In this document: in pieces, positions 1 through 7,374 of the stretch
Layout of the letters: the number at the start of each line of letters is the position of its first letter
Numbering within the stretch: position 1 is the stretch's first letter
Source of the DNA: an uncultured Eubacteriales bacterium
GTDB lineage: Bacteria; Acidobacteriota; Aminicenantia; Aminicenantales; Saccharicenantaceae
Assembly: GCA_964525875.1 (NCBI GenBank)
Contig: CAZGJS010000005.1
Location: 143,184 to 207,183 of the forward strand
Direction of reading: 5' to 3'
Length of the DNA stretch: 64,000 bases
Translations under genes and position numbers: made by a program
The notes under the pieces: model-generated
The model's input: only the letters and a program-made list of their open reading frames with translations
Database searches by the model: none
Told to the model about the DNA's origin: nothing

Positions 1-403
1 CCATCACGGTCCTTATCCGTAGGAACGTATTCGGACCGTGATGACTAAATCACCGCTTTATGCTCCCTCCGACGACACCCCTCGGCCCCTTATGGCATCG
101 CGGGCAAGCGAGGATTGCGAATCTGTCCGTCGTTACCGATCTGACTAAAACAAGATATTTCCCGGAAGTGCGGCTCCGAGCTACTCCGCCGCGCTTTTAT
201 GAAATATCCGGATAAAGAAGGGCGATTCGTGCCGATCGGGGAAATTGCCGGCGCGAGCTTGAACCTCGGCGAGGAGGACAGCCGGACCCGACATTGGGAG
301 AGTTTAGCCGGGCAACGTGCCGGACGAAGGGAGTTTCAGGGGAAACCGCCAAAACGTGTTTGAGCTTGGCGTAGCGCACGCCAAGCGAGTTGTTTTGGCG
401 CCG
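1..403 (+). repeat. Composite palindromic repeat, copy R1 (left end cut by window edge): hairpin 2-43, module B 45-89, ~170-bp core, degenerate inverted B' ~262-307, module C 304-403
   Basis: Same module order and long direct matches to 18463-18903; module B also matches 31446-31490 and 62655-62700 (rc). Confidence 0.75.
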
Positions 404-490
404 AGGCCGGGACGCTGACCGGCGTTCCAAACTCTCCCAGGAGGGGGAGTGCTGCCCTCCGAGCTGAGCTTGCGAGCGCTGCCGCCCCCG

Positions 491-1132
491 TTACCGCTGT
501 ACTCGAAAAACTTTGACCTTCTTGAGGAAGCCGTCGCCGATGCTTTCGCTGCTGACGCCCCGGACCTCGTTGGCGACGATGTGGATGATCCGCCGCTCAT
601 AGGGGTTCATCGGTTCGAGGATCTCTTCCCGCCCCGTGTCCGACACCTGCTGGGCGACTTGTTGGGCGTATTCCTTGAGCTTCTTTTCTTTCCGCTTGCG
701 GTAGAATTCGCAGTCGACCTGGACCTTGATCGGCGAGACCTTGTTCAGGACGTGCTGGATCGCAAGGAGCAGCGACCCATCGTTCCTGAGAAGGATCGTC
801 TTGTCCGGGCCGTCGAAGACGATGAAGATGATGTCCGGGCGCTTCTTGACCTGGTAGCTCAGCTCCAAGGGAAAATGGGACATGAACCGGGCCAGAAAAC
901 GCTCGGCCGAGTTGTCCATATCCACGTCCTTGGCCCAGGCGCGGATGACGATCTCCTTGCACTTCAGGCCGAAGAGCCGGGTCTTCTCGGTGACGATCTC
1001 GTAATTAAATTTTTCCCGGGGAAGTTTGAGCCGATGCTCGGCCAGGCTGATGGCTTCTTCGAGGTTCCGGCCATTGTATTCCGGCCTCTCGTCAGCCGGC
1101 TGTCCGTTCTCGGGCTTAATTTCGTTTTCCAT
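491..1132 (-). CDS. jag: Jag/KhpB-type RNA-binding protein (KH + R3H domains)
   Basis: 213-aa ORF, ATG start; C-terminal R3H motif (NPYERRIIH); lies directly after yidC as in the conserved rpmH-rnpA-yidD-yidC-jag operon. Confidence 0.85.
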   Translation of the reverse strand: MENEIKPENGQPADERPEYNGRNLEEAISLAEHRLKLPREKFNYEIVTEKTRLFGLKCKEIVIRAWAKDVDMDNSAERFLARFMSHFPLELSYQVKKRPDIIFIVFDGPDKTILLRNDGSLLLAIQHVLNKVSPIKVQVDCEFYRKRKEKKLKEYAQQVAQQVSDTGREEILEPMNPYERRIIHIVANEVRGVSSESIGDGFLKKVKVFRVQR

Positions 1133-1138
1133 GGCAGC

Positions 1139-2779
1139 TCACTTGTTGCGGTGCATCATGCGGTTCATGATGGCCTGCTGGGCGATCTGAAGGACGTTCG
1201 TCGTCAGCCAGTAGAGGACCAGGCCGCTCTGGAAGTTCATGAAAAATATGGTCATTACGAAGGGCATGATGAGCATCATCTTGGCTTGGGCGGGGTCGGC
1301 CGAAGTCGGGGTCATCTTCTGCGAGACGAATTGAGTGATGCCCATGAGGACGGGCGTCACGTAAAAGGGATCTTTCACGGAGAGATCGGTGATCCAGAGC
1401 GCGAAGGGCGCGTGGCGGAACTCGATAGAGACGACGAGCATCCGGAAAACTCCCCAGAAGACCGGAAGCTGGATGAGCATGGGCAGGCAGCCGCCGGCCG
1501 GGTTGACGCCGTGCTCCTTGTAGAGCTTCATCATCTCTTCGTTCATCAGCCGCCGCTGGGCGATGTCGGACTTGGCCTTCTTGTACTTGGCCCGGATGGC
1601 CTTGACCTTGGGCTGAAGGTCGGCCATCTTGACCATCGATTTCGTCGAACTGTAGGTCAGCGGGAAGAAGATGATCTTGATGACTAAGGTCAGCAGGATG
1701 ATGTCGAGCCCCCAGTTGGGGATGATCTTGTGGAAGAAACGGACGACGACGAGGAGGATCTCGGCGATGCCGCCGAACATCCCGAAGCTGATGACCTTTT
1801 TGGCCTCGTTCCCGAAGGCCTTGAGCGCTGGGGCTTCCTTCGGCCCGATGTAGGCCCGGCGGGGTGCCGTCACGTAGACAAAGTAAGCTGGGACCTGGCC
1901 GGCCGTCTCCATGAGGAAGGCCGCTTGTCCTTTCTGGGACGGGAGGACGAACAGGGCGACGAAATAGTTGTCTTCGTAGGCGGCCCAGTCCACAAAATTG
2001 TAGTTGCTCTGCTCGGCCTTGTACTTCCTCTCGATCATCCGGATAACCTTGCCCCCGGTGTACACGGCCGACCCCGTGCTGACGCTGAAGCTCTGCTTCA
2101 GGTCGGCGGGGGAGGGATTGCCTATCCCGGGGCCCCACAGGACGGAGGGGGAAACCGACTGGCCGTTCTTCCAGACCCGGATCTCCGTTTCCAGGGCGTA
2201 GCTGCCGCCCGTGAAGCGGAAGGCTTTCTCGGCCTTGATCGAGGCCCCGTCGGAGAAGACGAAACGAAGCTCGCCGCTCGCCCCGTCGCGAAGGTCGAGA
2301 ACGGTCCGCGAGGCCTCGAAGAGCGAGGAGTTGAGGAGGCCGGCGAAAGCCGCATCGTCGAGGCCTAGAGAGAAGGGGTAGCGGCCGATCTCGCCGGCCA
2401 AGGCGGGGACGAGCTCGAGGTCTTCCTTTAGGCTGTTCTTGTGGTTCTTGAGCTTCCAGCTTTTGAGAACGCCGCCCTTGTTCGTCCAGACGGCCTTATA
2501 AAGCGATGTCTCGACGACGACGTCCGTCTCGGCCTGTCCGGCCACGGCGCCGAGGTCCGGGGCAGGAACGGCCTCGGCCGGGGCCGGCTTGGCCTCAGCC
2601 GGCGCGTCCGGCCTGCTTTCCCGGGCCGCTCCGACCGTCCCCGGCAGGGACGCGGCGGGGGTCGCGGACGAAGTTTCGACGGAGGGCAAGGCCGGCTTGT
2701 TGGGCTTGACGACAAGGTACTGGTAGCCCATCAACACCAAGAAGGACAGGACGATGGCCAAGATGAGTCGTTTTTCCAT
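1139..2779 (-). CDS. yidC: Membrane protein insertase YidC
   Basis: 546 aa; N-terminal TM segment, large periplasmic domain, conserved C-terminal insertase core (GGCLPMLIQLPVFWG, LYWLTTNVLQI). Confidence 0.95.
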   Translation of the reverse strand: MEKRLILAIVLSFLVLMGYQYLVVKPNKPALPSVETSSATPAASLPGTVGAARESRPDAPAEAKPAPAEAVPAPDLGAVAGQAETDVVVETSLYKAVWTNKGGVLKSWKLKNHKNSLKEDLELVPALAGEIGRYPFSLGLDDAAFAGLLNSSLFEASRTVLDLRDGASGELRFVFSDGASIKAEKAFRFTGGSYALETEIRVWKNGQSVSPSVLWGPGIGNPSPADLKQSFSVSTGSAVYTGGKVIRMIERKYKAEQSNYNFVDWAAYEDNYFVALFVLPSQKGQAAFLMETAGQVPAYFVYVTAPRRAYIGPKEAPALKAFGNEAKKVISFGMFGGIAEILLVVVRFFHKIIPNWGLDIILLTLVIKIIFFPLTYSSTKSMVKMADLQPKVKAIRAKYKKAKSDIAQRRLMNEEMMKLYKEHGVNPAGGCLPMLIQLPVFWGVFRMLVVSIEFRHAPFALWITDLSVKDPFYVTPVLMGITQFVSQKMTPTSADPAQAKMMLIMPFVMTIFFMNFQSGLVLYWLTTNVLQIAQQAIMNRMMHRNK

Positions 2780-2791
2780 ACTCTCTCACTC

Positions 2792-3001
2792 TCAGGGCAC
2801 GAGATCTATTCCGCCCTCGTGAAAAGGATGACACCGGAAAAGCCGCCTAACGCCCAAGCAGGCGCCCCTAAAGACGCCGTATTTCACGATGGCCTCCTGG
2901 GCGTAGGCCGAGCAGGTGGGATGGTACCGGCAACGGGTGCCGAGAAGGGGAGAGAGGGTCAACTGGTACAGCCTGATCAATAAGAGCGCGGCGGCTTTCA
3001 C
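2792..3001 (-). CDS. yidD: Membrane protein insertion efficiency factor YidD
   Basis: 69 aa with the CRYHPTCSAYA motif; GTG start overlaps the rnpA stop (GTGA). Confidence 0.9.
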   Translation of the reverse strand: MKAAALLLIRLYQLTLSPLLGTRCRYHPTCSAYAQEAIVKYGVFRGACLGVRRLFRCHPFHEGGIDLVP

Positions 3002-3354
3002 GATGATATCCGTTTTCGAAAAATCGGTGTCAACGACGAGAAATAAGCTTCCCGGAAATCGGCCCAGGGGGCGTCTCCCGACTCCGGCCGGGCTATGACA
3101 ATAAGGTCCGTCGGCTCTTTCAGGAGCTCCTTGTGCCGGCGAAAAAGCTCCCGGAGGCGCCTTTTGACCCTGTTCCTGACTACCGCGGAGCCGACTTTCC
3201 GGCCGGCGACGACCGCCAGTCGGGAATGGCCAAACTCGTTCCTGCGGAAGACCAAGTGGAAATATCTTCCCCGAATGCGGCCGCCGTCCCGATAGAGGCT
3301 CGCGAAATCGCTTTTTTTGCGTATTCTCTCGAGAGGCGTCAGGCGCTCATTCAT
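2998..3354 (-). CDS. rnpA: Ribonuclease P protein component
   Basis: 118 aa from internal ATG at 3354 of the 209-aa track ORF; basic RNase P protein motif ([16 protein letters not shown]); ATGA overlap with the rpmH stop. Confidence 0.9.
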   Translation of the reverse strand: MNERLTPLERIRKKSDFASLYRDGGRIRGRYFHLVFRRNEFGHSRLAVVAGRKVGSAVVRNRVKRRLRELFRRHKELLKEPTDLIVIARPESGDAPWADFREAYFSSLTPIFRKRISS

Positions 3355-3488
3355 CCGACAGAAACGCGCTTTCGACCCTTGCGCCTTCTGCTCTTGATGA
3401 CTTCCTGGCCGCCCTTGGTCTTCATGCGGACTCGGAAACCGTGCGTTTTCTTGCGTCTTCTGTTGTTCGGCTGAAACGTTCTCTTCAT
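3351..3488 (-). CDS. rpmH: 50S ribosomal protein L34
   Basis: 45-aa ORF below the track cut-off, read by hand: [45 protein letters not shown]. Confidence 0.92.
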   Translation of the reverse strand: MKRTFQPNNRRRKKTHGFRVRMKTKGGQEVIKSRRRKGRKRVSVG

Positions 3489-3514
3489 GCTTGTCCAACA
3501 CCTTTAAAGGGTGT

Positions 3515-3543
3515 ATGTTACCCGAAGGCCGCCGGCCTGTCAA
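3515..3543 (-). promoter_or_regulatory. Sigma70-type promoter candidate for rpmH operon
   Basis: TTGACA (3543-3538) - 17 nt - TAACAT (3520-3515), 27 nt upstream of the rpmH ATG. Confidence 0.5.
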
Positions 3544-3650
3544 CCCCTGGACTCCCGGGGTTAACCCTGAGCCTCGCTTCTCATCCCCGCCTTGAAAGTC
3601 GGGGCTTAGCGTCAGCGAACGGGTCAAGGCCGTTCCCCCGGGGAATGGCG

Positions 3651-3679
3651 TTGACTCTTTTCCCCTGTTCCGGTATAAT
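3651..3679 (+). promoter_or_regulatory. Sigma70-type promoter candidate for carD (predicts leaderless mRNA)
   Basis: TTGACT (3651-3656) - 17 nt - TATAAT (3674-3679); ATG at 3688. Confidence 0.55.
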
Positions 3680-3687
3680 AGGGCAGC

Positions 3688-4206
3688 ATGAAATCACTTA
3701 AAATCGGCGATAAAGTCATTTATCCCAATCAGGGCCTTGGCGTCGTCGAAGGCATCGGCGAGGATTCCTACGACGGGGAACGGTTCACGGTCTTCCACCT
3801 GAGGATCATCTGCAACAACACCCTGGTCACTGTCCCGAGCACGACGGCCCTGGAGATCGGGATCCGCCGGCCGGTGAACGAGGGGTCCATCAAGAAGATC
3901 TACCACTTCATGGGGAACGGGGACGTGGACGTCACCACGGACTGGAAGGGGCGCTACAAGGAGCACCTCAACCTGATGAGATCGGGGACACTTTCCGACA
4001 TGGCCACCGTCTTGAAGAGCCTGTACTACCTCAGTCTCCACAAGCCGCTCTCCTTCCGGGAGAAAAAGATGATGGAGAAGGCCAAAGAGCTCATGGTCTC
4101 CGAGATCTCCGAAGCGGTCGCCTCGCCGTCGGCCAAGGTGGAAGAGAAGATCCTCGGCACCCTGTCCCGCTGTTTCAAGGCCGCCAAATCGCGCGTCGCC
4201 GCCTGA
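3688..4206 (+). CDS. carD: CarD/CdnL family RNA polymerase-binding transcription factor
   Basis: 172 aa; N-terminus MKSLKIGDKVIYPNQGLGVVEGI matches the CarD_TRCF RNAP-interacting domain pattern. Confidence 0.85.
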   Translation: MKSLKIGDKVIYPNQGLGVVEGIGEDSYDGERFTVFHLRIICNNTLVTVPSTTALEIGIRRPVNEGSIKKIYHFMGNGDVDVTTDWKGRYKEHLNLMRSGTLSDMATVLKSLYYLSLHKPLSFREKKMMEKAKELMVSEISEAVASPSAKVEEKILGTLSRCFKAAKSRVAA

Positions 4207-4216
4207 ACGGAGGCCC

Positions 4217-5485
4217 ATGCTCCTGCCGGGGATAATCGTATTCGTGTCTTGTGTTTTTCTCTATGCTTTTTTTTCAGCCGCCGAGACGTCCTTCATCGGG
4301 ACTAACCCCTACGCCCTCCAATACAGGGAAAAAGCCGGCTCCAAGCGGGCCGCCCTCGTCCGGAGGATGATGGGTAAGACGAACGAATTCCTGGCCGCCA
4401 TCATGATCGGAAACACCCTGGTCAACGTGGCCGCCTCGGCCATCTCGACATCCATCTTCATGACCCTGATCCCCGACAAAAACCGCGCCATCCTCGCCGC
4501 GACGGCTGCCACGACCCTGATCATTCTGATCTTTGCCGAGACCGCCCCCAAGACTTTCGCCGCGCAGAACCCACTTCGGACGGCCCTCTGGCTCAGCTAT
4601 CCTATCCGGGGACTCATGGTCCTTCTCTTCCCGCTCGTCAAGGTTCTTTCATTCCTGACCGCCCTCCTCGTCCCTTCCTCACGGAAGAGCGGCAAATTCT
4701 CAGCCGCCTATCTCAACGAAGAGGAGATCAAGATCGCCCTCCACGCCGGCGCGCGCGGCCTGTCCGCTCTCCGGCGCAGGATCGTCTCGGGCGCCCTCGA
4801 CATGGGCTCCCGCCCCGTGAAGGAGGTCATGGTCCCCCGGCCCGAGGTCAAGGCCATCGAAATCGAGGCCACGCTCAGCGACGTCCTGGCCGCGGTCCGC
4901 TCGGCCGGCTATTCTCGCTACCCGGTCTACAGGGGCCGGCTCGACAACATCGAGGGCATACTTCACAGCAAGGACATTATCGGCTATCTTATTGATAATA
5001 AAGATATTATAATCAAGGACATCCTGCGCAAGCCGTTCTTCGTCCCGGAGTTCGCCTCGCTCGAAAAAGTCCTCCTCCAAATGCAGGAGAAGGCCGCCCA
5101 CATGGCCCTCGTCGTCGACGAATTCGGGAACGTCGACGGCCTGGTGACGCTCGAGGACATCATCGAGGAGATCGTCGGCGAGATCCAGGACGAGCACGAC
5201 GGCCAGACAGAGGACTGGTTCTCCCGGCTCGACGGCGGGCGCTTGCGCATCACGGGGGCCGCTCCGGTCAAGAACGTCAACGCGCTCGTCGCCCTGGGCA
5301 TCCCGGAGAGAGGGGGCTACACGACGATCGCCGGCTTCTTCCTGTCCGAGTTCGGCCGGCTGCCGCGCGAAAAGGATTCGCTCGAATTCAACGGTTTCCG
5401 GCTGACCGTCGAAAAGATGAACAAGCGCCACATCAGCCTCATCGAGGTCGCCCCGTCGGGCTCGGCCCTCCTGCCGCCGCAATGA
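4217..5485 (+). CDS. CNNM/hemolysin-family membrane protein (DUF21 - CBS pair - CorC_HlyC)
   Basis: 422 aa; 4 N-terminal TM segments, CBS-like region, C-terminal CorC/HlyC-like transporter-associated domain. Confidence 0.85.
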   Translation: MLLPGIIVFVSCVFLYAFFSAAETSFIGTNPYALQYREKAGSKRAALVRRMMGKTNEFLAAIMIGNTLVNVAASAISTSIFMTLIPDKNRAILAATAATTLIILIFAETAPKTFAAQNPLRTALWLSYPIRGLMVLLFPLVKVLSFLTALLVPSSRKSGKFSAAYLNEEEIKIALHAGARGLSALRRRIVSGALDMGSRPVKEVMVPRPEVKAIEIEATLSDVLAAVRSAGYSRYPVYRGRLDNIEGILHSKDIIGYLIDNKDIIIKDILRKPFFVPEFASLEKVLLQMQEKAAHMALVVDEFGNVDGLVTLEDIIEEIVGEIQDEHDGQTEDWFSRLDGGRLRITGAAPVKNVNALVALGIPERGGYTTIAGFFLSEFGRLPREKDSLEFNGFRLTVEKMNKRHISLIEVAPSGSALLPPQ

Positions 5486-5934
5486 AGAACGTCGCCGTCA
5501 ACAAGACCGTCTCCCACGACTATCTCATCCTCGAGACCTTCGAAGCGGGCCTGGCTCTCGTCGGGAGCGAGGTCAAGTCCGTCCGCGCCGGCCGGGTCAG
5601 TCTCAAGGAGAGCTACGCCGAGGTCCGGAACGGCGAGGTCTTTCTCCTCAAGTGCCACATCAGCCCCTACGAAGCAGCCAATATCTTCAACCACGACCCC
5701 CTCAGGGACCGCAAGCTCCTCCTCCACCGCCGGGAGATCAAGCGCCTGGCCGGGAAGACCCAGGAAAGGGGCCTGACCATGGTCCCGACCAAGGTCCTGA
5801 TCAACGACAAAGGAAGGATCAAGCTCGAACTGGCCCTGGTCCGCGGGAAAAGGGAACACGAAAAGCGCGAGACCATCAAGAAGAGAGATGCGGACCGGGA
5901 GATCCGGGCCGCGCTTAAGAACCGCTCGCGCTGA
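5482..5934 (+). CDS. smpB: SsrA-binding protein SmpB
   Basis: 150 aa, typical SmpB sequence (NKTVSHDYLILETFEAGLALVGSEVKS...); ATGA overlap with the upstream gene. Confidence 0.95.
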   Translation: MKNVAVNKTVSHDYLILETFEAGLALVGSEVKSVRAGRVSLKESYAEVRNGEVFLLKCHISPYEAANIFNHDPLRDRKLLLHRREIKRLAGKTQERGLTMVPTKVLINDKGRIKLELALVRGKREHEKRETIKKRDADREIRAALKNRSR

Positions 5935-6892
5935 AGACCGCGGCCAACCGGAGCGCCTCCTCCATGCTGCGGGGATCGGCGATACTCTTGCCGGCGATGT
6001 CGAAGGCCGTTCCATGGCCGGGGGAAGTCCGAACGAAGGGCAGGCCGAGCGTCGCGTTGACACCCGTGGCGAACGCATCGAGCTTGAAGGCGATGAGCCC
6101 GTGGTCATGGGTCAGGGCGACGACGACGGCCCCCAACTTCCCCAGGGCCTGAAGAAAGACGGTGTCCGGGGGGAAGGGCCCGGTTATCGGGACGCCGTCT
6201 CGCCTGGCCGCGTCGATGGCCGGTCTGATCTCCTCATCCTCTTCGCGCCCTAGGCTGCCGTCCTCGCCGGCGTGCGGGTTCAGCCCGGCCACGAGAAGCG
6301 TGAACGGTCCGCCGGGAATTTTCCCGAGCGCCCGGTGAAGCATCATAAAGAAGTCGCCCAGGGCGTCCTTGCGGACGGCGTCGACCGCCTCGTGCAGGGG
6401 CCGGTGATGAGTGAACAGGGCGACCTTGAGCCGTTCCGACCAGAAGGACATGATCGCCCCCGGGTAGAACTTCTCCAGGTATTCCGTGTGCCCCCGGAAG
6501 GGGTGACCGGCGAGAGCCCAGGCGGCCTTCGAGATCGGGGCGGTCACCACCGCCTCGAGGCGGCCGTTTCGAGCCCCGGCTACGGCCGTTTCGAAAAACC
6601 GGAAAGACGCTTCTCCGTTCTCCGCCGATACGCGGCCATGGACGGCCGCCCAGCCCGGAGCCGGGACGTGCGCGATGTACACCCCCGCCTCCCGCGGACC
6701 ATCGGGACGCCACTCCCGGGCGGCGAGCCGGAGACCGAGCCGCTTTTCCTCGGCCGCGACGATCCGGGAGTCGGCGAAGAGGACATAGGCGGCCGGCGGC
6801 AGAACGGACGGGCGCGACAGCGTTTTGACGACGACCTCGGGACCGATGCCGCCCGGATCGCCGGGGGTCACCCCGATCCTGGGAACGGTCAT
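5915..6892 (-). CDS. pdxA: 4-hydroxythreonine-4-phosphate dehydrogenase PdxA
   Basis: 325 aa from internal ATG 6892 (MTVPRIGVTPGDPGGIGPEV...); GLNPHAGE and TSPGHGTAFDIAG motifs. Confidence 0.9.
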   Translation of the reverse strand: MTVPRIGVTPGDPGGIGPEVVVKTLSRPSVLPPAAYVLFADSRIVAAEEKRLGLRLAAREWRPDGPREAGVYIAHVPAPGWAAVHGRVSAENGEASFRFFETAVAGARNGRLEAVVTAPISKAAWALAGHPFRGHTEYLEKFYPGAIMSFWSERLKVALFTHHRPLHEAVDAVRKDALGDFFMMLHRALGKIPGGPFTLLVAGLNPHAGEDGSLGREEDEEIRPAIDAARRDGVPITGPFPPDTVFLQALGKLGAVVVALTHDHGLIAFKLDAFATGVNATLGLPFVRTSPGHGTAFDIAGKSIADPRSMEEALRLAAVFSASGS

Positions 6893-7233
6893 TTCTTGCC
6901 GGGCTCGTTTCCCTCGGCCTCGGGGGCCTCGCCCACCTTGTAGATGCAGCGGATGCTCGACTTGTAGATGAGGAGGTTCGGGGCGTTGTCGCGGTTGAGC
7001 TTGATGCAGTTGCGGTCGTACCATTCGACGTACCCCTCGACGATCTCGCCGTCCGTGTAGACGACGGCCATGGGGGTTTTCTTGTTCATCTGCTTGAGGT
7101 AGTAATAGCTCTCGGCGAAGGTGTCGGTCGGCGGGTGCATTCTCTTGTGGACCGCTTCCTTTTCCCGTTCCTTGTCCTGGCTCATGCGTTCCTTGATCTC
7201 GGTGAGATTGGGCCGGATCAGCTTTCTGTTCAT
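6889..7233 (-). CDS. Sm-fold, Hfq-like protein with N-terminal extension
   Basis: 114 aa from ATG 7233 (GGGAG 8 nt upstream); PMAVVYTDGEIVEGYVEWYDRNCIKLNRDNAPNLLIYKSSIRCI aligns by eye to the Hfq Sm1/Sm2 pattern; stop overlaps the pdxA start (ATGA). Confidence 0.55.
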   Translation of the reverse strand: MNRKLIRPNLTEIKERMSQDKEREKEAVHKRMHPPTDTFAESYYYLKQMNKKTPMAVVYTDGEIVEGYVEWYDRNCIKLNRDNAPNLLIYKSSIRCIYKVGEAPEAEGNEPGKK

Positions 7234-7374
7234 AGAAGCTTCTCCCAACGAAGGGTCGGATTAGGAGAGAATATCCTTTGATAAGGATTATAGCACGGCA
7301 TCCCGGCCGTTGCAAGATAAACCGCTGAAAGCCAAGGGGTAGCGGCACCCGCCCTAATCCCCCCCGAGGCCGCC

